In this document: one piece after another, positions 10,022 through 20,149 of the stretch
Layout of the letters: each line of letters starts with the position of its first letter
How positions within the stretch are numbered: position 1 is the stretch's first letter
Assembly: GCA_963540065.1 (NCBI GenBank)
Contig: CAUTNK010000006.1
Coordinates: 50,766-114,765 of the forward strand
Source of the DNA: an uncultured Bacteroidia bacterium
GTDB lineage: Bacteria > Bacteroidota > Bacteroidia > Bacteroidales > CAJPTX01
DNA length: 64,000 nt
Reading direction: 5' to 3'
Notes under the pieces: model-generated
Databases searched by the model: none
Told to the model about the DNA's origin: nothing
Seen by the model: only the letters and a program-made list of their open reading frames with translations
Translations under genes and position numbers: made by a program

Positions 10022-11228
10022 CTTGCTGTGATTTCTTCTGTTCTTTGGGTAGGATAACTCTGGAATGCAAAATGGCGAGGTCGGTGTAGGCGAGTCGCAT
10101 GTTAGCATTGGCATCTAAGAGTTTGAGGATTTTCGAATACTCGTTGATCAGATGTGTAACGCTGCGATCGTTAATATAGGAGCTTACTTTTTGTGCAAAC
10201 TCGCGTTCCTTACTTATTAAGTAGCAAATATCCGGACGCTCTAGGTGTAGTATATATATTTCGCGCAGCATATACGCAAAGTAGAGTATCAGTGCTTTTT
10301 GCTCCTCTCGTCCTTTTTTTGCCAACTCTTCGCCCCACTTAAACAGCTCGATATATTGTCGAGAAAAGGCATTCCTATAAAGCGATTGCATCTCTTGCAG
10401 GTAAGCAGCATTGGTTTCGCCATTGGCAAGTTGGTGCGCTAAGTTATAATCGCCTTGTGCGGCATATGCTATTGTTCGTGCATCCTCTTCTGTAAGCGAG
10501 AGCGCGAGGAGATCCTGTACTATCTCTTCGTCAGTTAGGGGAGGAAAATAAATTTCTTGCACACGTGAGCGGATAGTGGGTAGGAGTGTCTCCGGATGTT
10601 CGCTTACTAATATAAAGAGGGTTTGTGGCGTGGGCTCTTCCAAAGTTTTCAGGAGTTTGTTCGCGGCATCATCGCGCATCTTCTCTGGCATCCAGATAAT
10701 ACAGACCTTGTAGCCCGATAGGAAGCTTTTGAGTTCTAGGTCTTGGATGAGATCCATGACGGTTTCGACCGATATGTAGGTATTCTTGTCTGTTTGCTCT
10801 TGGTATTGCTCGTTCCATGCAGCTTCGGTTACATACGGATTCTCGAGAAGGAGTTCTTTAAAGAGTACATTGCCCGGTCTTACATCGCCTGTTTTAGATG
10901 CTTCGGCGGTTTTGCTAGTATTGCTTTGCTTTTTGAAGGAGATTCGCTCTTCTTTTACCGGTTTTTCTTTTCCTGCCGGAAAGCATAAGAAGAGATCCGG
11001 ATGCGTGAGTTCTTGATAGAGATGACAGGAGCGGCACTCACCGCAGGAATCTCCCTCGGCAGTCGGGTTGGTACAATTCGCATATTGTGCTAGGGCGAGA
11101 GCCATGGGTAGGGTACCGCTTCCCGAACGCCCCGAAAATAGCAATGCATGTGGGATCTGAGCCTTGTCGACATACTTCCGCAACAAGCCCTTAATCCGTT
11201 CCTGACCCAAGACATCGTGGAAATACAT
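10008..11228 (-). CDS. holB: DNA polymerase III subunit delta prime
   Basis: 406 aa. AAA+ clamp-loader N-terminus (IPHALLFSGRSGSGTLPMALALAQ), a zinc module (CGECRSCHL) and the motif SRVQ. It overlaps the 3' end of the convergent upstream gene by 14 nt. Confidence 0.85.
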   Translation of the reverse strand: MYFHDVLGQERIKGLLRKYVDKAQIPHALLFSGRSGSGTLPMALALAQYANCTNPTAEGDSCGECRSCHLYQELTHPDLFLCFPAGKEKPVKEERISFKKQSNTSKTAEASKTGDVRPGNVLFKELLLENPYVTEAAWNEQYQEQTDKNTYISVETVMDLIQDLELKSFLSGYKVCIIWMPEKMRDDAANKLLKTLEEPTPQTLFILVSEHPETLLPTIRSRVQEIYFPPLTDEEIVQDLLALSLTEEDARTIAYAAQGDYNLAHQLANGETNAAYLQEMQSLYRNAFSRQYIELFKWGEELAKKGREEQKALILYFAYMLREIYILHLERPDICYLISKEREFAQKVSSYINDRSVTHLINEYSKILKLLDANANMRLAYTDLAILHSRVILPKEQKKSQQAISS

Positions 11229-11294
11229 AGCAAGCCTAGTATTGGTATATGCGATTTAGCGATACTTGCCGCCTCCCATTAGCCCTTTTTAGGT

Positions 11295-12563
11295 TTAGGC
11301 TTCGTGGGAGGCTATGCCAATTTCTTGCTCTAAGGTACGAACTATTTCGTGGGAGACGCCGATGTGCGACCGTACGTATTCTTGTGCTATAGTCCCCATC
11401 TGGCTTCGTGCAGTGGTATCTTGCATAAGCGGAACGATTACCTGCGCAAAGTCGTCGGGGGTTCGCACAACTTTTGCGCCGCCCACAGCTATGAGTTCGA
11501 GAGCTTCGCGAAAGGCTTGGTGCTTAGGACCTATAATTACAGGTACGCCACAAGCTGCGGGTTCCAACGTATTGTGGATTCCTACTCCGAATCCCCCTCC
11601 TACGTAGGCAAGCTGCGCATAGTGGTATATCTGCAGTAAAATCCCTACGCGGTCTACAATCAACAATCGTGCTGCTTGTAATTCGGCAGGGGTAGGCTGG
11701 TTAGAGTAGCGAACAGCAAGTGGGGCATAGGTCTCCGTCCATTGTGCGATATGCGTTTCGTGAATCTCGTGGGGTACCAAGATAAATTTCCAATGGGTAG
11801 GGAGTGCGGCGATGACTCGGTGTAACCCCTCCTCATCTGTTGGCCATGTACTTCCTGCTACAAAGATTTGTGAATCGCCACAGAAAGTAGCAACCATGTC
11901 CAGCGGGGTGCGTTGTTGTGCGGCTTCGTAGACGCGATCAAAACGTGCATCGCCGAGCACAGCTACCCCCTCCTGTATGCCGCAAGCAGCTAATAACTCT
12001 GCGGAGCGAGTATCTTGTAAGAGTAACCCGCGAAAGAAGTGCAGCCATTGCCGATAGAAACCACCATACGACTTAAAAAATAGTTGTTCGGGACGGAAGA
12101 TCCCGCAGATGAGGTAGGTTGTTATGTTTCGTCGATGCAACTCGCGCAGATAAAAGTACCAGAATTCGTATTTAACGAATATTGCAATACGCGGGCGGAG
12201 GATATCTAAGAATTCGCGCGCATTGCGTGGCGTGTCCAAGGGTAGGTAACACACACAGTCGGCACCGGGATAATCTTTGCGAACTTGGTAGCCTGAAGGC
12301 GAAAAAAAGCTAAGGACTAACTGCCAATCCGGGTGTTGGAGCCTGAATAGCTCCATTACTGAGCGTCCTTGTTCAAACTCGCCTAATGAGGCACAGTGGA
12401 ACCAAATTACCCGATCCGAAGTCGGTTGAAATGCGTTGGATAGCTGTTTGCGCCATTTGCGTCGCCCCGTAATCCAAGCACGTGCTTTGGGGTGCACGAA
12501 AGAAGCCAACCAGACGAGTGCTAAATAAAAAGCGAGCCCCAACCTATAGAGATATGTTCCCAC
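11295..12563 (-). CDS. waaA: 3-deoxy-D-manno-octulosonic acid (Kdo) transferase
   Basis: 422 aa. Motif WFHCASLGEFEQGRSV and a GT30 C-terminal domain (VGGGFGVGIHNTLEPAACGVPV). Confidence 0.9.
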   Translation of the reverse strand: MGTYLYRLGLAFYLALVWLASFVHPKARAWITGRRKWRKQLSNAFQPTSDRVIWFHCASLGEFEQGRSVMELFRLQHPDWQLVLSFFSPSGYQVRKDYPGADCVCYLPLDTPRNAREFLDILRPRIAIFVKYEFWYFYLRELHRRNITTYLICGIFRPEQLFFKSYGGFYRQWLHFFRGLLLQDTRSAELLAACGIQEGVAVLGDARFDRVYEAAQQRTPLDMVATFCGDSQIFVAGSTWPTDEEGLHRVIAALPTHWKFILVPHEIHETHIAQWTETYAPLAVRYSNQPTPAELQAARLLIVDRVGILLQIYHYAQLAYVGGGFGVGIHNTLEPAACGVPVIIGPKHQAFREALELIAVGGAKVVRTPDDFAQVIVPLMQDTTARSQMGTIAQEYVRSHIGVSHEIVRTLEQEIGIASHEA

Positions 12564-12664
12564 AACAACTATTACTTGCTAACAAAGCTAGTAAAAAAGG
12601 AAGGATGCCTTGCGAAACCGCGTTTATCACCCTTCCCCACGAAGAAAATGTATTGCAGTATTAC

Positions 12665-13624
12665 TTATTTTTGAATGTAATGCAAGTGCTTAGCTACTTG
12701 GTCGCCCTCGTCGTTTAGAGCAATCTGAAACTCGAGTGTGTCGCCCACTTGCAACTGCATGATATCGATATTTTCCAAATCCTGACGATAGAAGAATAGG
12801 TTGTTTGGCGGATATTTTATAAACCCGTACCCTTTGCTGGCATTTAGATTCATGATCTGCCCGACGTAGTGTTGCGCGCCGGTTTCGTCTTCCCACGACT
12901 CTAATGCGGGATCCGGGGTAAACATCTCGTCGTTTGTAGAGATTTCGGGCATGCGTGGTGCGGTGACATTGGCTTCGGTCGATACAAAGAGATCGTTGAC
13001 GTACTCGCAACCCGCATCTAGTCCTTCGTCTATCAGGATGTGCGCGGCTACGGGATAGGTTACCTCCTGTAGGAGATCCTGCGCGGTGCGTGTTACGATC
13101 TCGCGTCCGGAGTCGTCGACATACGCAAACTCCCAGTTGAGAACCATGGTCTTTACTCCTAGTGAGTTGAGTTTACGAACCAGTGGCACGTACTCGCCGT
13201 CGGAGGTTATAAGTACTAGTACATCGAACTTCTTAATAAGAGTCTGTTCGTAGGCTTCCAGCGCCAACCAAACATCTATACCCTTTTCCTCTTTTTTACC
13301 ACTACGCGTGCGCAATGGTAAGAAATGCGATACGATGCCTACGGACATGAGGATGTCGTCAAAAACGCGGTCGTTGTACAGTTGATTGCCGCGCTGCGAT
13401 GCCTCCTGAGCACTGAGTCTGCCGCGAAAGTAATGAGCGCCAATAATACGGCTATACTGAACTGGTATTTGTTCGGACTCTGCTACCAAATGACGAATAA
13501 ATCCATGAAATGCCGGTAAACTTAAACGTTGATGCATCGGATGGAAGTAGTTGTAATAATTGCTCACGTGCAGGAAATAATTTCCGTCGTAGAATACACC
13601 AATTTTCAAAATCTCCGTCCCCAT
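12665..13624 (-). CDS. NYN (LabA-like PIN) nuclease domain fused to a C-terminal cold-shock/S1-like domain
   Basis: 319 aa. The NYN core is IGVFYDGNYF ... EKGIDVWLALEAY ... LITSDGEYVPLVRKL. The C-terminal CSD signature is GQIMNLNASKGYGFIKY. Confidence 0.8.
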   Translation of the reverse strand: MGTEILKIGVFYDGNYFLHVSNYYNYFHPMHQRLSLPAFHGFIRHLVAESEQIPVQYSRIIGAHYFRGRLSAQEASQRGNQLYNDRVFDDILMSVGIVSHFLPLRTRSGKKEEKGIDVWLALEAYEQTLIKKFDVLVLITSDGEYVPLVRKLNSLGVKTMVLNWEFAYVDDSGREIVTRTAQDLLQEVTYPVAAHILIDEGLDAGCEYVNDLFVSTEANVTAPRMPEISTNDEMFTPDPALESWEDETGAQHYVGQIMNLNASKGYGFIKYPPNNLFFYRQDLENIDIMQLQVGDTLEFQIALNDEGDQVAKHLHYIQK

Positions 13625-13719
13625 TATATAACTATTTAATAAAACAAATCAACTATTTGTCACAAATGTACAATAAAACTTAAAACGCACTGTAACCCAT
13701 CCTACATACGGATCTTTTT

Positions 13720-13727
13720 TATCTTTG
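13720..13727 (+). promoter_or_regulatory. Candidate -7 box TATCTTTG
   Basis: Perfect TAnnTTTG 29 nt upstream of the ATG at 13756. Confidence 0.45.
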
Positions 13728-13755
13728 TTAGCGTTTTAGACGGAGGAGGTTTAGA

Positions 13756-14214
13756 ATGCGGTTACATTTGCGAATGGTCGATCCGACCAACGAGGACTTC
13801 CGGCGAGAGTATCTCGTTAGTCCCGATGCCACTTTTTACGACTTTTATCGTTTCCTCTGCAACGATCTACAACTCCCTACCAACGTCCTCATGTCGTTCT
13901 ATAAGGCGAATGACTACTGGGAGAAGGAACTCGAACTTACCCTTTTGGACATGGGCGACGAATATAGCGAGATCCCTACAGCAGCGATGAGTGAGCTACA
14001 CATCCGCGATGTCTTGCAACAGCAAGGGGATCATCTAATTTTTTGTTACGATATCTTTCTGAATCGCTCCTTTTATTGCGTGTTATTAGATATTGCGCCC
14101 GAACATATCGACTCTTTTCCGGCAAAGTGTATTGTAGCAGAGGGTGAGAATCCCGCTCCTAGTCCGGATATGAATCTTTCGGTAGATGCCGACATTGCCG
14201 ACTTCTACTCCTGA
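13756..14214 (+). CDS. Hypothetical protein, possibly with a PRiA4b-ORF3-like fold
   Basis: 152 aa, acidic. The pattern DFRREYLVSPDATFYDFYRFLCNDLQL resembles the pRiA4b ORF-3 / IS1096 TnpR-passenger domain. The assignment is tentative. Confidence 0.45.
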   Translation: MRLHLRMVDPTNEDFRREYLVSPDATFYDFYRFLCNDLQLPTNVLMSFYKANDYWEKELELTLLDMGDEYSEIPTAAMSELHIRDVLQQQGDHLIFCYDIFLNRSFYCVLLDIAPEHIDSFPAKCIVAEGENPAPSPDMNLSVDADIADFYS

Positions 14215-15139
14215 CTCGCTTCCCACAGCCCAGGACTTCCTACTCGTGGTGCTGTATGGCGCTACGGCAGTGGGTAAGACAGCCTTGGCGGTAAGGCTTG
14301 CAACGGAGCTGGGGTGCCCTGTAATATCATCCGATTCGCGGCAATGTTATCGCGAAATGCCCATCGGAACAGCGCAACCTACACCAGAAGAACTGGCAAC
14401 CGTACAGCATTTCTTCGTAGCAACACACAGCGTGCGAGATCGATTCTCGGCAGGCGATTTCGAGTTAGAAGCCTTAAAACTCATCGAGCAACTACGTAAA
14501 AAAACAACGCGAGCCATACTAACCGGTGGAGCGATGCTCTATATAGATGCTCTTTTGCACGGAATAGACGCCTTCCCGCCCCCGGATAGCAATCTCAGGT
14601 ATCAGCTAGCCTCAAGACTAAGAAACGAAGGCACAAAGGCTTTATTTCGCGAATTAGAAGTATTGGATCCGCAAATCGCACAGCGCATAGATCCCAAAAA
14701 CGGCGCTAGAGTCCTTCGTGCCCTCGAAGTCTGCATACAAACAGGGAGACCCTATAGCTCTTGGCTGACAACCGAAAAACCACCAAGACCCTTTCGAACC
14801 TTAGCGATCGGTATTTATCGAAACCCAGACGAACTGCAGGAGCGTATCCGAAAACGTGTAGATGATATGATGGCGCAAGGGCTCCTCGAGGAAGTGATTG
14901 CGCTTAAAGAGTATCGCGATTTACCGGCACTAAAAACTGTGGGTTACCGCGAAATTTTTGAATATTTGGACGGAAAATGTGACCAACCCACCGCCATCGA
15001 GAACATTAAGATCCATACCCGACAGTATGCACGAAAACAAATGCAGTGGTGGAAGCGAGACCCTACCATACGTTGGTTTGACGCGGAGGACTATACTGCT
15101 ATCCGAAATTTTGTATGCGAAGCCCTAAAAAGTGAATGA
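14186..15139 (+). CDS. miaA: tRNA dimethylallyltransferase
   Basis: 317 aa. P-loop GATAVGKT, plus SSDSRQCYREMPIGTAQP and the motif GYREI. Confidence 0.95.
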   Translation: MPTLPTSTPDSLPTAQDFLLVVLYGATAVGKTALAVRLATELGCPVISSDSRQCYREMPIGTAQPTPEELATVQHFFVATHSVRDRFSAGDFELEALKLIEQLRKKTTRAILTGGAMLYIDALLHGIDAFPPPDSNLRYQLASRLRNEGTKALFRELEVLDPQIAQRIDPKNGARVLRALEVCIQTGRPYSSWLTTEKPPRPFRTLAIGIYRNPDELQERIRKRVDDMMAQGLLEEVIALKEYRDLPALKTVGYREIFEYLDGKCDQPTAIENIKIHTRQYARKQMQWWKRDPTIRWFDAEDYTAIRNFVCEALKSE

Positions 15140-16119
15140 ATCGCTGGAAAATTGCACTGGTAGTGCCTGTTTATAATCGCCCCAACGAGTTGAAAGATTT
15201 GTTGGAAAGCCTCTGCCAGCAACAAGAAAAAGATTTTGCACTGGTGGTTGTGGAAGACGGATCGACCATCGACTCCGAAGCGCTGTGCGAGGAGTATAGC
15301 AAGCGCCTCAATCTCACGTATCTGAAACAAGCTAACACAGGACCTGCTGTTGCACGAAACAGAGGTGTGGACTCCCTAGGCGATAATAGCGAATTTGTTC
15401 TTTTTGTAGATTCGGATTGCACCCTTCCGCCCGATTACATCGCTAAAGCATATACATGGCTTGCTACTACGCCTAGAGTAGATTTGTGGGGGGGACCCGA
15501 TGCTTGGGATGCTAATTTTTCGCCCATACAGAAAGCGATAAGTTATGCTATGACCTCGCCTTTTAGTACTGGAGGGATCCGTGGTGGGAGCGAGGCGGCC
15601 GACAAATTCTATCCACGCACCTTCAATATGGGTGTGCGCACTGAGGCATTTCATGCTGTGGGTGGTTTTGCTAATCTTCGTTACGGCGAAGATGTCGACC
15701 TGAGTATGCGACTCATCGAAGCTGGCTATCAATCGCACCTGAGTACGGATCTGTATCTTTTTCACAAACGACGCACCTCGTGGACTAGTTTTTTTAGGCA
15801 AGTAGCCCATTCGGGTGCAGCGCGCTATGAGCTAACGAAAAGGCATCCGGGCACTCTCAAACTCGTACACGTACTACCCTCGCTGGCAATGTTTGTGGCT
15901 TTGCTGATTCTTCTAATTCCTCTTACTTGGGTGCAGTATGTGGTATTGGGGGGGGGAGCTTTTCTTTACGCTTTGGTGCTTTTTGCTGGGGCTTTGCGCT
16001 CGTTTCGTAGCTTCGGGTTAGCGCTGCGTAGTACGTGGGCATGTGGCATTATGCTACTGGGCTACGGCTGGGGCTTGGTAGTTGCATGGATGATACGAAA
16101 GCCTTTGCGAGAAAAATAG
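15136..16119 (+). CDS. Family 2 glycosyltransferase with a C-terminal TM region
   Basis: 327 aa. GT-A motifs (VVPVYNRPNEL, VVVEDGS, FVDSDC) and a hydrophobic C-terminus. The start overlaps the miaA stop (ATGA). It contains G7 (15488-15494) and G9 (15948-15956) homopolymers. Confidence 0.85.
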   Translation: MNRWKIALVVPVYNRPNELKDLLESLCQQQEKDFALVVVEDGSTIDSEALCEEYSKRLNLTYLKQANTGPAVARNRGVDSLGDNSEFVLFVDSDCTLPPDYIAKAYTWLATTPRVDLWGGPDAWDANFSPIQKAISYAMTSPFSTGGIRGGSEAADKFYPRTFNMGVRTEAFHAVGGFANLRYGEDVDLSMRLIEAGYQSHLSTDLYLFHKRRTSWTSFFRQVAHSGAARYELTKRHPGTLKLVHVLPSLAMFVALLILLIPLTWVQYVVLGGGAFLYALVLFAGALRSFRSFGLALRSTWACGIMLLGYGWGLVVAWMIRKPLREK

Positions 16120-16135
16120 CATATACCAGTACACC

Positions 16136-18247
16136 ATGACGGATTCTGCCATCATACACTCGTCTATAAGGGTTCTGAATTTTTCGCCAACGTGGGTTCA
16201 AGCACTCGAAAAAGAGCTGAACCTGTTCACCCTCGAGGATATCCTTCTGTATGCTCCGTCGCACTACAACGATAGAAGTAAAATCCTGACCTATACGCAG
16301 ATATCCGGTACACAGGATGCCGTGCAGCTCATTGCTCAATTAGAACGGATAGACTACGTAGGGCAGGGTGTCAAACGCAGACTCGAAGTGAGGTTCCGTG
16401 ACGCGAGTGCGACTTTTAGCGTTATCTTTTTCAAGCGGCAGCAGTATATCTTCAAGAAGTTGCAAATTGGAGCGAATTACGTAATCTTCGGCAAACCAAC
16501 CAATTACAATCATATATATTCGTTCGTACATCCGGAAGTCGAACTCCTTATTCCAGGGCGAAAACCGAGGCTGGGCTTCGAACCCGTCTATGAAACAACC
16601 GAGGCTCTGAAAAAGCTATACATCAACAGCCGGCGTTTTCAGCAAATTGTCCTACAGTGCTTTCAATACTTAAACGGGAATATCGAGGAGTTTCTTCCCC
16701 CCGACCTTATGCGCGATGAGCAATTAATGCCCAGACGTGATGCCTTCCTAAAGCTGCATTTCCCGCACAGTCGGATGGAAATGGAAAGAGCGAAGTTCCG
16801 CTTCAAATACGAGGAGTGGTTTTTGCTACAAATCGAGCAAGCGGATTGGCTCCTGCAAGAGACTGTGGTAAGAGGGCTACGTTGTACGCGAGTGGGTAAC
16901 CTTTTCAATGCGTTCTACAAGGAGTATCTGGCTTTCGATCTTACGGATGCGCAAAAACGAGTGCTGCGCGATATCCATGCCGATATGAAGAGCGGACGGC
17001 AAATGAATCGTTTACTGCAGGGCGATGTGGGGAGTGGAAAGACCCTTGTTGCGCTATTTGCACTTCTACTCGCGGCGGACAACGACCTACAGGGCTGTCT
17101 GATGGCTCCTACCGAGATCCTTGCAACACAGCACTACCTGAGTATTTGCCGAATGTTGGCACCCCTCAACGTCCGGGTGGCATTGCTAACAGGTAGTACT
17201 CCGCAAAGAGAACGACGCGTAATACACGACGACTTAGAATCGGGCAAACTGCAAATAATTATCGGCACGCATGCACTTATCGAAGACGATGTGCGCTTCC
17301 ATAACCTCGGACTCGTGATTGTCGACGAACAGCACCGCTTCGGGGTTGCGCAGCGTGCAAAACTCTGGGGCAAAAACCCCAATGTACTGCCACACATCTT
17401 GGTGATGTCGGCGACGCCTATCCCTCGCACCCTAGCTCTTACCCTCTATGCCGGACTCGATATTAGTGTGATTGATCAGTTACCAGCCGGCAGAAAAGCT
17501 ATTTATACGCGTATTTTGTACGAAAATCAGCGAGAAAAACTCTATAAATTTCTGAAGGAGGAAATCGGGCACGGGCATCAGGTTTACATTGTCTATCCGC
17601 TTGTGAATGAATCGGAAAAGCTCGATTTCCAGAGCGTTACAGAGGGTTATCAGCGCATTTGCGAAGAGTTTCCTACACCGGAGTATCGCGTAGGTATGCT
17701 GCACGGACAAATGCCAACCGATGAAAAAGAAAGCGTTATGAATGCTTTTTCTCGTGGCGAGTTACAAATACTGGTAGCTACTACGGTTATAGAGGTGGGG
17801 GTCGATGTCCCGAATGCGACAGTAATTGTTATAGAGGATGCGCAACGTTTTGGACTGACACAGCTTCATCAGCTTCGTGGTCGTGTCGGGCGAGGAGATG
17901 CCAAGAGTTATTGTTTCCTTGTCACGAACTACGAGATAAAAGCTAAAACTCGCGAACGACTCCGCATCCTCGAACAAACCAACGACGGCTTTAAGATAGC
18001 AGATGCCGATCTCCGTTTGCGAGGTTTCGGCGAACTTGGTGGTCTCGCGCAAAGTGGGAAGAGTCTCACTCTTCAGTTTGTTGATTTCGGTGAGGATGTC
18101 GATCTTATCGAGAAAGTCCGGCATCGCGTGCGTGCGATCTGTTTAGCAGATTCTGATTTGGAAGCCGAGCCATACCAACCGCTGAAGCGATATATCGAAC
18201 AGCGAAAGAAACGCGCGCAAGTCCCGATGATTGCTAAAATAGGGTAG
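16136..18247 (+). CDS. recG: ATP-dependent DNA helicase RecG
   Basis: 703 aa. Wedge/OB N-terminus and helicase motifs (GDVGSGKT, VDEQHRFGV, SATPIPRT, QLRGRVGRG). Confidence 0.95.
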   Translation: MTDSAIIHSSIRVLNFSPTWVQALEKELNLFTLEDILLYAPSHYNDRSKILTYTQISGTQDAVQLIAQLERIDYVGQGVKRRLEVRFRDASATFSVIFFKRQQYIFKKLQIGANYVIFGKPTNYNHIYSFVHPEVELLIPGRKPRLGFEPVYETTEALKKLYINSRRFQQIVLQCFQYLNGNIEEFLPPDLMRDEQLMPRRDAFLKLHFPHSRMEMERAKFRFKYEEWFLLQIEQADWLLQETVVRGLRCTRVGNLFNAFYKEYLAFDLTDAQKRVLRDIHADMKSGRQMNRLLQGDVGSGKTLVALFALLLAADNDLQGCLMAPTEILATQHYLSICRMLAPLNVRVALLTGSTPQRERRVIHDDLESGKLQIIIGTHALIEDDVRFHNLGLVIVDEQHRFGVAQRAKLWGKNPNVLPHILVMSATPIPRTLALTLYAGLDISVIDQLPAGRKAIYTRILYENQREKLYKFLKEEIGHGHQVYIVYPLVNESEKLDFQSVTEGYQRICEEFPTPEYRVGMLHGQMPTDEKESVMNAFSRGELQILVATTVIEVGVDVPNATVIVIEDAQRFGLTQLHQLRGRVGRGDAKSYCFLVTNYEIKAKTRERLRILEQTNDGFKIADADLRLRGFGELGGLAQSGKSLTLQFVDFGEDVDLIEKVRHRVRAICLADSDLEAEPYQPLKRYIEQRKKRAQVPMIAKIG

Positions 18248-18496
18248 TATATGGTGTTAATCAATGCTTAGGATGCCTAGGCTTTTACCATGGCTAAAGA
18301 TATCCCTTATCGGTTTTTGGGAAATTAGTTGGGCTTTCTGGCGATTAATGGTTGATCTGAACCCCTTAATGGCGCTCTGAAAAACCGATCACTCTATCTT
18401 TAACACTTAATAGGTATTTTCTGCACTATTGAGGTATAATAGATCCGTTGTCGAAAAAAAGATTTTAATTTGTTAATTGTTCTAGTTAAACTAAAT

Positions 18497-20089
18497 ATGC
18501 GAGAGATGAGAAAAATACTACTGTGTACTGTAAAATGGCTATTAATAAGTCTTTCTATTTTGGGATTTGGTGCATCTGTTAAAGCGGAAGATTATGGTTT
18601 AAAGATTGCAGGGGTTCCAGTTACGAGCGACAATTATACCAATTTAGCTGCACTTGCACCTGGGAAGATTACTCTTGAAAAAGGTGGTTATTTTGCCTAT
18701 GATCCGGAAAATAAAATCCTGACTATGCGTAAGGTAACTATCAAAGCTGATACAGATGAGAATGCAATTTTTAATAGAAACGTAGATGGACTGAGGATTG
18801 TAGTAGCAGGTAAGAATACTTTAGATGCTACTACTTGGGCTGCATTAAATATTTGGCGCCCGACAGTATTGCATGGAACTGGAAAACTTGTAGTTAAGTC
18901 TACTAAAAACTATGGAATTTACCTTGACAAGGCTTCTCTTACAATATCGGATATTGTTGTTGAGGTCTCAGGAAGATACGGAATAAGCGGTGAATCGACG
19001 GGCGAAAAAGTCGAAGTCAATAATGCTACTGTTACACTCAATGGGACTAGTGGCGCTACTGTGAAATTAGACGGTTTTAATTTAGTGGGTTGCCAGATTG
19101 TAGAACCCGCAGGTGCAGCATGGAGTGCTTCAGACCACGCTATAATGGCTGGTGGTGTTAACCCCAAGAAGGTAAAAATAGAGCCTACTCCAAGCACACG
19201 CTATGATCTTTTGATAGCAGGTGTGAAGGTAACTAATAAGAACTGCAATGACTTGAGTGGGATTTCTGATAAAGTTTCTGTACCAAGTGGCGGTCAGTTT
19301 AAATATGATCCTCAGAATAAAATTCTGACACTAAAGGGGGTGACGATAGAGAGCGATACCGAGATACCAATACATAATGAGGGTATTGAAGGTCTGAAGA
19401 TACGGTTCTTAAATGCGAATACAATCAAGTCGGCAAACAAGGAGGGGATATTAATCCTCAAGGATACGGAATTTCAGGGCGATGGAAAGCTTATTGTAGA
19501 AACACCTTCAGAGGCTGGCATTCGTGTAAATAAAAATGCTCAGTTAACGATTTCTACTATTATTATTGAGGTTTCGGGGCAGTTAGGGATATCTGGAACA
19601 AATGCCACAAGTGATGAGTCGCTTAAGCTAAACAAGACAGCAATAACAGCCAAGGGGACAGGCTTTGCTATTGGTAATTTCTCTACGTGTATTCTTAGAG
19701 ATTGCCGAATCGCCTCACCAGCAAAGGGTAAGTGGGACGATACTCAGCGCACAATCGTAGACGCAACAAATACTGTGGCTCAAGAGGTAAAGATCGTACG
19801 TAGTGCACCTTCTCCCAGTCCCACTCCGGATCCTAATGCCGTAGAGGATGCAGTATTTGCAGGAATCTTGGTGGCGCCAAACCCGTTCTCTACTGTATTG
19901 CGCATTTCGAATGTAGAGCGCACGGGTATACGCTATAGTCTGTTCGATGCACAGGGCGTATCGATTCTTTCTGGCGAGTTGCCCGAAGGCGAAATTAGCT
20001 TATCTACCGAGGCTTTACCTGCAGGTTTGTATTTGCTGCAGCTACAAGCTGCCGATGGCGCTATTAAGCATTGGCGCGTGGTGAAGTAA
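18497..20089 (+). CDS. T9SS-secreted protein with a tandemly duplicated ~200-aa domain and a C-terminal sorting domain
   Basis: Signal peptide. Two homologous units at about nt 18590-19198 and 19199-19800 (DYGLKIAGVPVT.../RYDLLIAGVKVT...; YDPENKILTMRKVTI/YDPQNKILTLKGVTI). A Pro-rich linker precedes a Por-type CTD at about 19835-20086 (VAPNPFSTVLRI...LPAGLYLLQL). The start is either 18497 or 18506. Confidence 0.8.
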   Translation: MREMRKILLCTVKWLLISLSILGFGASVKAEDYGLKIAGVPVTSDNYTNLAALAPGKITLEKGGYFAYDPENKILTMRKVTIKADTDENAIFNRNVDGLRIVVAGKNTLDATTWAALNIWRPTVLHGTGKLVVKSTKNYGIYLDKASLTISDIVVEVSGRYGISGESTGEKVEVNNATVTLNGTSGATVKLDGFNLVGCQIVEPAGAAWSASDHAIMAGGVNPKKVKIEPTPSTRYDLLIAGVKVTNKNCNDLSGISDKVSVPSGGQFKYDPQNKILTLKGVTIESDTEIPIHNEGIEGLKIRFLNANTIKSANKEGILILKDTEFQGDGKLIVETPSEAGIRVNKNAQLTISTIIIEVSGQLGISGTNATSDESLKLNKTAITAKGTGFAIGNFSTCILRDCRIASPAKGKWDDTQRTIVDATNTVAQEVKIVRSAPSPSPTPDPNAVEDAVFAGILVAPNPFSTVLRISNVERTGIRYSLFDAQGVSILSGELPEGEISLSTEALPAGLYLLQLQAADGAIKHWRVVK

Positions 20090-20110
20090 TTTCCTTTTCA
20101 TAATTGTGAT

Positions 20111-20149
20111 AGAGGTGTGCTTTCTGAGAGGAGAGTGCGCCTCTTTTTT
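20111..20149 (+). terminator. Rho-independent terminator
   Basis: 10-bp stem AGAGGTGTGC / GTGCGCCTCT (3 G.U pairs) followed by a T5 tract. A second GC hairpin (CCCCGG/CCGGGG) follows at about 20152-20180. Confidence 0.7.
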
